Origin: Pseudomonadales bacterium
GTDB lineage: Bacteria > Patescibacteriota > Microgenomatia > UBA1400 > PJMF01
NCBI GenBank assembly: GCA_020632235.1
Contig: JACKFY010000001.1
Location: forward strand, 29,602-93,601
Direction of reading: 5' to 3'
DNA: 64,000 nucleotides
The notes beneath the pieces are model-generated. The model saw nothing but the letters and a program-made list of their open reading frames with translations. It ran no database searches and had not been told where the DNA came from. Positions 10,336-17,823 of the stretch are shown one piece after another; position 1 is the first letter of the stretch, and each line of letters starts with the position of its first letter. The position numbers were made by a program, and so were the translations under genes.

Positions 10336-11466
10336 TTATTTTTGACCTCCCAATTGGTAAAGTGCACAGGTAAAACTACCACCCGCACCATACGAAAGCA
10401 TGAGAATCAGCTCTCCCGGTTGCATGTTTTCAAGCCGTCTACCCATAGACATGTGTATAGTAGCGGCAGGGACGTTTCCTTCGGTAATAGACCACTCAAT
10501 TGCTTCAGCCGGAATACTGAGGCGTTGTTTTCCTTCCAGGTATAAAAAGGGTTTCTTTGGACTGTACTGATACGTTTCAGAAAGATTACCCGCTACAATA
10601 TCAAATATTCCTCTACTGGGATGATGCATGATGACTGCTGTTATTTCTTGGCAGAGTGTTCCTACACTCTTGTTATTTTCTTGAGCATGCTCTAGTAGCA
10701 CTGCATACGCTAACGTTACGATGTTGGGAGGAAAGTATCTTAACGCACCAAGTGCACTCATTACTACACTGATATCTTTTTCATCTGGAGGTGAGTTGTG
10801 CGGGGCTACACTATCTGGTGTGTGTGCCTCTTCCCATTCATCCCATGAATGCTGAAATCGAAGGCAATTTACACCTTTTTCTACAGCCTTGCTTCTTCCC
10901 TCTAGAAGGTGTAAACCTGGATGGTAAGTATTATCATCTGCAGTAGAGTAAGTACCAAGGAGAATAGAAGCCCCGGTAGAAAAGACCTGCGGTGATTCCG
11001 CATCTTTCGGCAAACCAGTAGGGTAGCCTCCTTCCATAGCCACCAATGCGTATTCGATTGTGTCTTTTTTGCTAAGTTTTCCATTTTCAAAAAATGCCCC
11101 CGAGTGCAGATCATAGAGGAGTGAACCAGATGAATCACACGCTTTTGAGTAGACAATGACTGGAATGGTGTCCTCGCACCTCAGATTTCGTCTCACTCGT
11201 TCACGCACATCGGGTGTCAACGGCGCGGTGGTAGCTACCAGAATTACGTCAATATTTGCTGGCGTAACTGCATGTTCTTCAAACGTTTTCTTGGCTAGTT
11301 CAGCGACTACAACATCTTGAATGCGTGCCAGTACTTCGGCACCAAGATTTTGAGTCACTAGGTAGGTTTCTTCAAACCCACTCGTTTCAGCTATAGATTT
11401 GACCGTTTCTAACCCAAGCATTTCCCTAGCGCGCTGCACTATTGCTTCAGGCCCTTTACTGTGCAC
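10336..11466 (-). CDS. KAS III (FabH)-like thiolase-fold condensing enzyme; N-terminus in another frame (frameshift at A6 11480-11485)
   Basis: NIDVILVATTAP...VYSKACDSSGSLLYDL...APHNSPP...LSYGAGGSFTCAL align to the FabH active-site Cys, His and C-terminal regions. An upstream small ORF carries an ITIGSVF (IGTGSY-like) motif; a single base in the homopolymer would fuse it to this ORF. Confidence 0.7.
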   Translation of the reverse strand: MHSKGPEAIVQRAREMLGLETVKSIAETSGFEETYLVTQNLGAEVLARIQDVVVAELAKKTFEEHAVTPANIDVILVATTAPLTPDVRERVRRNLRCEDTIPVIVYSKACDSSGSLLYDLHSGAFFENGKLSKKDTIEYALVAMEGGYPTGLPKDAESPQVFSTGASILLGTYSTADDNTYHPGLHLLEGRSKAVEKGVNCLRFQHSWDEWEEAHTPDSVAPHNSPPDEKDISVVMSALGALRYFPPNIVTLAYAVLLEHAQENNKSVGTLCQEITAVIMHHPSRGIFDIVAGNLSETYQYSPKKPFLYLEGKQRLSIPAEAIEWSITEGNVPAATIHMSMGRRLENMQPGELILMLSYGAGGSFTCALYQLGGQK

Positions 11467-11746
11467 CCGTAAAAAACAGAACCGATGGTTATACCGACTG
11501 CGGCATTATGGTGTACTTCCATATTTGAAACAGACATTTTTCTACAATTTTCAGAAAAAGCTTCTAGAGCAATCACATCTGCGGAGAGGTCAGGAATTTC
11601 CTGGTTATTTTCTAGACCGTAAGCCTTAAAGAGTGTGGTCAGAGGTTTACCTTGTTCTGCAGATTCTTTTGTCATATTTGACGAATAGATGGATAGATCA
11701 GTATAGTGGATTTAAGTTATATTTTGTAGTATTTGTGAATACATAT

Positions 11747-11764
11747 GGGTCTAGACAACTTAAG
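11747..11764. repeat. left terminal inverted repeat of the IS element
   Basis: gggtctagacaacttaag. Confidence 0.8.
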
Positions 11765-11779
11765 CATCACTTAAGTGAT

Positions 11780-12465
11780 AAAATAGTTGTTAAGACCAAT
11801 GAAAAAACAAGTACATACGTCGTTCAAGAGTTTCAGAGGCTAAATTCAGAGATTTTGAGGTATTTCTGCGCTGATCAAACTGCAGCGCAAGCTGCAGTTC
11901 TTTCAGGTGTGAGTCGCAACTCAATTAACAGCTTGTATCATAAAATCAGAGTTCGCATTGTGAGTTTGTCTGTAGCAAACTCTCTGAGCTGGAGAGTTTG
12001 AAGTTGATGAGAGCTATTTTGGAGCAAAAAAAAGTAAGAGGCAAAAAGAGGAAGGGGGTGCAGCAGGAAAAACACCAGTGTTTGGTGTACTCAAGCGTGA
12101 TGGAAAAGTATACGTTAACATTGTTAAAAAACTGCACTAGAGAGCAATTAATGCCTATTATCCAGGGAAAAATACTTGAAGGATCCACTATCTACTCAGA
12201 TGGGTGGCAGGCGTATGACGGACTTATCCTCAATGGCTATGATCACTATCGTGTATTTCACTCGCATGATGAGTTTGTACGTGGCAAAGCACATGTCAAT
12301 GGTATAGAGAGCTTCTGGAGCTTTACAAAGAAGACTTGCAAAGTTTAATGGCTTGAAAAGTGATACATTTCATCTACACTTAAAAGAAAGTGAGTTTCGA
12401 TGGAATATGCGTGGAGAAAATATGTATCATTACTTACTACAGGAATTTAGAGAGAACAGCCACTT
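11780..12465 (+). pseudogene. IS1595-family DDE transposase, frameshifted into at least three pieces
   Basis: The pieces are GAAGKTPVFGVLKRDGKVYVNIVK, then TREQLMPII...STIYSDGWQAYDGL...HSHDEFVRGKAHVNGIESFWS, then FHLHLKESEFRWNMR (family C-terminal signature). They lie in different frames. Confidence 0.75.
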
Positions 12466-12467
12466 TA

Positions 12468-12482
12468 AAGTTGTCTAGACCC
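12468..12482. repeat. right terminal inverted repeat of the IS element
   Basis: aagttgtctagaccc is the reverse complement of the left end. Confidence 0.8.
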
Positions 12483-12558
12483 TACATATTTATTACTTAT
12501 TAAAGATTTTACAAAGTATAAATATAATTATCCCATAATTAAGTTAAATAAGATAATT

Positions 12559-12894
12559 ATGATAAGAATAGAGAAACAGAGAGACGCACACCATCCCGGT
12601 GTTAGTCCTTTATTGAGTGAACCAACTGCATTTCCTTTTATAGATGCATTTTCGCAACTAAGAGCTCCTGTTGTAGATCCTCTGAGAGTTATAGATAGAA
12701 AAGATAAACTAGCCGTTTACAGAGAAATTTATCGTTTGTGCTCAATCTTATACGGAGTTGATATTTCTGAGCCACTTAATGCAAGAGATATTGAAAAAAT
12801 AATGGAAACACATAAGACATTAGCAAAACAACTGGACAAGAACATACAGCATATTATAACTATTGTTTTGATATCCCAATTCCACCTTTGCTAG
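12559..12894 (+). CDS. hypothetical protein (AT-rich island)
   Basis: 111-aa ORF in a roughly 37 percent GC segment just right of the IS. Confidence 0.4.
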   Translation: MIRIEKQRDAHHPGVSPLLSEPTAFPFIDAFSQLRAPVVDPLRVIDRKDKLAVYREIYRLCSILYGVDISEPLNARDIEKIMETHKTLAKQLDKNIQHIITIVLISQFHLC

Positions 12895-12946
12895 AAGAGA
12901 CTTATAAAGATTACACATTTAATGGAAGTATGTTGAGGAGTTTTAA

Positions 12947-13488
12947 GTGCGGAGCACATGTTACGAAATATTACTCTTGCAGATTAATATATATATTGGT
13001 GAAGAAACGATGGGAGAGCTTGGAAGTGGTAGTGACCAGTTTCCTCTGACATTAGAGTCATTAAAAGAAGTAACTGCAGGTATGATCACAGGTTTTGATC
13101 AAGATACCTTGGTAGTTACAGTCACTGATGAGCAGGATATTCCTATTGGTATGATCAGGTTGATAAGAGGAAAGGTGACTTTTCAGTATTTACTGCATTT
13201 GGAAATACAGAAACTAACCTATCTAACTTCAGCAGTTTTCAACCACCTTTAGACTCAACTTTAGATCGGTTGGTGGTAGATGAATTTGGTCAATTTACTA
13301 CAAGTAAGGGTTTGAATGTAGGAAGATTTGCTGTCGATTCTCAAATTAGAAGAGATCGCATGATAGCACCATTACTTCTATATTTAGCAGGAAAATTAGT
13401 CGAAAAGTATAATGAAGAGTGTGTAGAAGATGGAAGAAGTCCTATAGTATTTCTCACCTGTGATACTCATGATAGAGCATCATTATGA
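12947..13488 (+). pseudogene. possible LuxI/FeeM-like GNAT-fold acyltransferase, split by a frameshift near 13180-13250
   Basis: FDQDTLVVTVTDEQDIPIGMIRLIRG (like E-D-YD...G-RLLPT) and LNVGRFAVDS (like WELSRFAV) lie in two overlapping frames. The second piece uses a TTG/GTG start. Weak, motif-level only. Confidence 0.3.
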
Positions 13489-13670
13489 CAGCTACAAAAT
13501 ATTTAGGCGCTCAATTAGTTATTGATCCTCAACATCTTGTTTCAGTACATATGGAAGGAGCGCATGAGCATCATTATCGAAATCATAGTGGTGATGTTTC
13601 AATTTTAGTGGCACATGCTGATCACTTTATAAGTGGTGGTAAAGAACAAAGTGAAAAAAATAATGCGTAG
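13485..13670 (+). CDS. small His-rich protein ending ...HFISGG-KEQSEKNNA (Ubl/sulfur-carrier-like or RiPP precursor candidate)
   Basis: 61 aa. Its start overlaps the upstream stop (ATGA) and it lies 21 bp upstream of the E1-like gene. GDVSILVAHADHFISGG resembles the last beta-strand plus GG of ThiS/MoaD. Confidence 0.45.
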   Translation: MTATKYLGAQLVIDPQHLVSVHMEGAHEHHYRNHSGDVSILVAHADHFISGGKEQSEKNNA

Positions 13671-13691
13671 AAGTGTTAGGAACAATGCAGC

Positions 13692-15053
13692 ATGATTAAT
13701 CGAGAAGATACCGACTTCGCCGGTAATGTGGAAGGAGTTGGTCATAAAAAAAAAGAGATAGCTCCGTATATTTACTCATATAAAGACTTTAGCCAGAGTT
13801 TTTTACCCGAGGACGCTCCTCAGTTGCCAGATGAGAGGCCGTATGAAATTCAAAAGAAGGAACTTCTCCAACTCCTCGATTTATATAAACACACATTACA
13901 TATTTTACCTGCAGAAGCACAGACAGCTGATGTAATTAGTTTAGTATTACATAGAGCTAACGATTTACTTGAGACTGGTATGCTCAGTCAGGAAGAACTA
14001 GCAAGAATTCAATTAATAATTGAGCTGTATTCTGAAGTATTTGATAATTATTTACTCTATCGAAGGATGATTTTGGAGCGCGAAGAAGCAATTAAAAATG
14101 ATGAGGGCGTAATGATTTATCATCCTAATACTAATTTATTCTATCGTTCCGTATCTAAAGAATTATTCTTATTACTAAGAATGAGTAGAGGTAGTACACT
14201 AGAAAGTCCTAACACGAAACGTAAAAGACAGCAAATAAGGTACCGTTTTATCGGAGCGAGTGTGGCAGGCGCAACCATTTTAAGAGCTGTTAAAGACGGC
14301 GCAATGGATGTAGTGATTGCTGATGCAGATACAATATCTGGTTCAAATCAAGAGCGACTAGCTGGTTTAGCAGCACACTTATATCAAATCGGTGAATATA
14401 AAGTAGATGCCTTGCTTGCGGACATGTATGCTATTAATCCATTTGGGAACTATAGAACTGAGCGTCGTTTGGTAATGCCTGATAATTTAGTCACAGATAA
14501 CTCAAAACATATTCCTATTTCAGAATATGTTGAAGAAGATACATTACTCATAGATGTTGCTGACTCATATAAAGCCGAGTTGCGAATAGCTTTATTCCAA
14601 GCAGGTATACTAATCCCTATTATTTCACTTGCTGACACACATCCTACACCTTTTGGTTTATACGAAGTAGTTGGTGAAGATAATCCCTTTGGACAGCGTG
14701 ACACATATGAAGAATGGAAATCATGGGTTGTGAGTGCGGAAAGTTTAAGCGAAGTTCAATTGGCTGCATACAAAGCTTTAACTACTGTAAAAATATTAGA
14801 GGACAGAGTGCCTGCTCCAACTTTAGTGAGTTTTATACATAATGTTTTTGGTTTGCAATCATTTTTACCTCAAGAACCAGCTGATCCTGGTGTATCTGCA
14901 AGTATTTTTTCTAAGTTATTACGGCAAATTATCGAAGGTATAGATGTAAAGGGTCGACCGCTTACGCTTACAGATTTGACAAATTTAGAAAAAGATACTC
15001 AATATGATAGGTCTGTGTTATTAAACTTTATCAAACTTTGTTTAAGCGAATAG
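13692..15053 (+). CDS. E1-like (ThiF/MoeB/MccB family) adenylyltransferase with a novel 190-aa N-terminal domain
   Basis: RFIGASVAGATILRAVKDGAMDVVIADADTISGSNQERL is the Rossmann GxGxxG plus D-x-D...SN-x-RQ motif. ...AINP...LLIDVADSYKAELRIALFQAGILIPIIS is the E1 core. There is no CxxC motif and no Cys in the N-domain. Confidence 0.65.
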   Translation: MINREDTDFAGNVEGVGHKKKEIAPYIYSYKDFSQSFLPEDAPQLPDERPYEIQKKELLQLLDLYKHTLHILPAEAQTADVISLVLHRANDLLETGMLSQEELARIQLIIELYSEVFDNYLLYRRMILEREEAIKNDEGVMIYHPNTNLFYRSVSKELFLLLRMSRGSTLESPNTKRKRQQIRYRFIGASVAGATILRAVKDGAMDVVIADADTISGSNQERLAGLAAHLYQIGEYKVDALLADMYAINPFGNYRTERRLVMPDNLVTDNSKHIPISEYVEEDTLLIDVADSYKAELRIALFQAGILIPIISLADTHPTPFGLYEVVGEDNPFGQRDTYEEWKSWVVSAESLSEVQLAAYKALTTVKILEDRVPAPTLVSFIHNVFGLQSFLPQEPADPGVSASIFSKLLRQIIEGIDVKGRPLTLTDLTNLEKDTQYDRSVLLNFIKLCLSE

Positions 15054-15094
15054 ATTTCATTGCTTGTTTTATGTAAGTATTCTAGAATGAAGCA

Positions 15095-15406
15095 ATGCTC
15101 TTTATTTTTATTTTACTTACTGTAGCTGCTAATTTGCTTATTTCTCTGATAGTTCTTAAAAAGAATCCTCGATCACATACTAATAGACTTATTGCAGCTC
15201 TCTCGATATTTGTTGCTCTTTGGAGTACAGCACAGTACATTTCTTTACTACCTCATGATGAACCAGAGCGATTGTTTTGGGTGCGAAGTATTATGGCCCT
15301 TACCGCTCCTGTATCAGTAATATTATATGGGATATCTCGATCTTTTCCAGATAGTAGTATTACACTAGAATTGAAAAAAAAAACTTGGTTTTCTTTTTAT
15401 GGATAG
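15095..15406 (+). CDS. N-terminal membrane segment of the sensor histidine kinase (separated from the rest by a frameshift at the A10 tract 15374-15383)
   Basis: Three TM helices. Both frames are open across the A10 run. One more or two fewer A would fuse it to the 15385 ORF. Confidence 0.6.
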   Translation: MLFIFILLTVAANLLISLIVLKKNPRSHTNRLIAALSIFVALWSTAQYISLLPHDEPERLFWVRSIMALTAPVSVILYGISRSFPDSSITLELKKKTWFSFYG

Positions 15407-17334
15407 CTGGTCTCATTATTATAGCTTTTACGTCATTAGCATTTTCTGAACTTAGCAACAACCCTGATGGCACTTTTAGTCTTTCACCAGGGCCTGCAAT
15501 AGTGCTATATGCCTTAAACATTTTTATTTTTATGTTTCTAGCTTTCAAAAACTTATATAATAAGTATCGACAAGCAAAAGGTGTTTTAAAAGAACAAATT
15601 AAGATTGTATCTTCTGGAATTATTACATCTTTTACTCTACTGACACTGACAAATTTTGTAGCTGTTGTCTTATTTAAGTCAATTAAATTAACTTCTTTAG
15701 GTCCTCCATCAACTTTGATCATGGTTGCTTCAATGACATATGCAATTGCTCGACATAAATTATTTGATGTTCGAGCAGCGATTGTACGATCAATATCCTT
15801 TACCGTTCTGCTTTCTTTATTTGCATTGTTATATAGTTTTATTTTCTTTTTTATTATTAACCAATTTTTAGATTATTTACCTAGTTGGATTAAAACCTTA
15901 ATATTTGCATTATTATTGGTGCCTATTATGTACTCATTTGATAGCATTAAGCGTTTCTTACAAAGACGGACAGAAAAAATATTTTATAAAAATTTTTATG
16001 ATATTGATCAAACTGCAAAGTTATTAGCTGAAGAAATTAATGGCACACTTGAACTAAAAAAATTGATAAATGATGTTATACGACAGCTAGAAGGAATCTT
16101 GCAAGTTGAAGGAATACGAGTACTTATAGGTAAAAACAAGCAGGCAAAGATATATGAGAATAGTACGTTATTATCTAACCATGATCAGCTTGTTCAATTT
16201 TTATACCTAGTGAAAAAAATTAGAAGAAGGAAGCTAAGTTATTTACTTCTAAGTGATACTCCTGAAGGAAAATTGAAGGAAACTTTTCGTGCATTAAGTA
16301 CAGAATTAGTATTTCTATTTGAGGCGACTAGCGGGATAATAGGAGGGGGTTTTTTTCCTCCAAAGAACAATGGTGATCCCTATACTAGCCAAGATATTCA
16401 ACTGCTAAGTATTGTAGTACCCCAACTATCTGTTGCACTTCAGAACTCTCAGTCATACGAGGAAATCAGTAAATTCAATACCACCCTCAAAGAAGAAGTA
16501 AAGAAAGCAACCACCAAGCTAAAATCAATGAATCAAAATCTTCGCAACCTCGACCGCCTCAAAGATGAATTTCTCTCTATCGCTTCCCACGAGCTGCGCA
16601 CGCCCATGACCGCTATCAAGTCCTACATTTACATGACACTTTCAGGCAAAGGTGGCAAAGTGACCAAAAAACAAAAGTACTATCTAGAGCGCTCGTACAT
16701 GGCCACCGAGCGACTCATCAAGCTTGTCAACAATCTACTGAACATCTCGCGCATTGAGTCGGGCAGGATCTCGCTGGAGCTGGAAAAAATCAATCTTTAT
16801 CGTCTCACTGACGAGGTGTTTGACGAGGTGCGCGCCCGCGCTGAGGAGCTGGGGCTTTCCATCAGCCAAACCAAGCTGGAAGAGCAGAAAAAGCTAGAAG
16901 TTATCGCCGACACAGATAAAGTCAAAGAGGTTTTGATCAACTACATCGGCAACTCACTCAAGTTTACCCCCAAGGGGGGTAGTATCACGGTTTCATACGA
17001 AGTGGCTGACGACATGATCTGGACCAGGGTGACCGACACCGGGGCTGGCGTGTCTCAAGAAGATCTGGGTAACTTGTTTCAAAAATTTGGTCTGATGGAA
17101 GGGTCATATCAGGTAAACCAAAATGTGTCGCAGGGCACGGGCTTGGGTCTCTACATCTGCAAGTCGGTTATTGAGTTGCATGGGGGCGAGGTAGATGCTA
17201 CCTCTCCAGGGGTAGGAAAGGGAACGGTGTTCTCATTTTCACTCCCTCTCTACACGGCTAAAAAGTATTTGGGTCTCAAGAAAAAGTTTGGTGGAAAAGA
17301 TGGTGTTGGCATCGTGCATACATCTGCGTCATAA
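15385..17334 (+). CDS. sensor histidine kinase (multi-TM sensor, HisKA, HATPase_c)
   Basis: At least six further TM helices. H-box EFLSIASHELRTPMTAIKSY. N, G1 and G2 boxes (NSLKFTPKGG...DTGAGV...GTGLGL). Confidence 0.85.
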   Translation: MVFFLWIAGLIIIAFTSLAFSELSNNPDGTFSLSPGPAIVLYALNIFIFMFLAFKNLYNKYRQAKGVLKEQIKIVSSGIITSFTLLTLTNFVAVVLFKSIKLTSLGPPSTLIMVASMTYAIARHKLFDVRAAIVRSISFTVLLSLFALLYSFIFFFIINQFLDYLPSWIKTLIFALLLVPIMYSFDSIKRFLQRRTEKIFYKNFYDIDQTAKLLAEEINGTLELKKLINDVIRQLEGILQVEGIRVLIGKNKQAKIYENSTLLSNHDQLVQFLYLVKKIRRRKLSYLLLSDTPEGKLKETFRALSTELVFLFEATSGIIGGGFFPPKNNGDPYTSQDIQLLSIVVPQLSVALQNSQSYEEISKFNTTLKEEVKKATTKLKSMNQNLRNLDRLKDEFLSIASHELRTPMTAIKSYIYMTLSGKGGKVTKKQKYYLERSYMATERLIKLVNNLLNISRIESGRISLELEKINLYRLTDEVFDEVRARAEELGLSISQTKLEEQKKLEVIADTDKVKEVLINYIGNSLKFTPKGGSITVSYEVADDMIWTRVTDTGAGVSQEDLGNLFQKFGLMEGSYQVNQNVSQGTGLGLYICKSVIELHGGEVDATSPGVGKGTVFSFSLPLYTAKKYLGLKKKFGGKDGVGIVHTSAS

Positions 17335-17337
17335 TGA

Positions 17338-17823
17338 GTGGCTATGCTGCCTGCTGCTTTTCGTAAAAATGGCTTTACCTTGATTGAGGTGTTGGTGGTG
17401 ATGGCTATTTTTTTAGGGTTGTTTGCTATGAGTGTGTTGGTATTTTCCAACATGATTCCGCGTGCTACTCTTGATGGGGTTGTGAGCACTGTGCGCGCTG
17501 ATCTTTTATCCCAGCAGAATAAGGCGATGATTGGTGAGACGGGTGGCGCAGGCTCGGCTAGCTCGTTTGGCATAGCATTCACCACAGACTCCTACACATT
17601 ATTTCGTGGTGACAGTCGTAGTTCTGGCCAAGATGAAGCGACCACGACTCTTCCTGAAGGACTTATTGTGACCACTAGTTTTCCTCAAGATGAAGTGGTT
17701 TTTTCTACTAGAAGCGGCGCATCGTTAGGAGGGAGTGGCACGATTACTCTTTTTGAAGAATCAGCGCAGAGAGAAACAATGATAGAAGTAAACCAATTAG
17801 GGGTTATAGAAAATGTTGAGTAG
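17338..17823 (+). CDS. prepilin-type pseudopilin / minor pilin
   Basis: Class III signal KNGFTLIEVLVVMAIF. Confidence 0.75.
   Translation: MAMLPAAFRKNGFTLIEVLVVMAIFLGLFAMSVLVFSNMIPRATLDGVVSTVRADLLSQQNKAMIGETGGAGSASSFGIAFTTDSYTLFRGDSRSSGQDEATTTLPEGLIVTTSFPQDEVVFSTRSGASLGGSGTITLFEESAQRETMIEVNQLGVIENVE

Larger units (their letters stand above)
11747..12482 (+). mobile_element. decayed IS1595-family (IS1016-group-like) insertion sequence, about 736 bp
   Basis: 15-17 bp terminal inverted repeats (gggtctagacaactt / aagttgtctagaccc). They are flanked by a 7-8 bp direct repeat tacatat. The internal transposase is fragmented across three frames. Confidence 0.8.

Noticed and set aside
11439-11675. 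78-aa ORF as an independent gene
   Set aside because: Its C-terminal part carries the FabH N-terminal motif and is one base out of frame with the FabH-like ORF. It is treated as the displaced 5' end of that gene. The first roughly 45 codons are probably untranslated leader.
13485-13670. JAMM/MPN metalloprotease motif in the His-rich peptide
   Set aside because: The H-x-H-x7-S-x2-D spacing is not met (HEH..S..D has the wrong distances), and the peptide is too short.
13692-14260. E2 (UBC-like) domain in the E1 N-terminal extension, suggested by YHPNTNLF
   Set aside because: No Cys anywhere in the first 190 residues, so it cannot be a catalytic E2.
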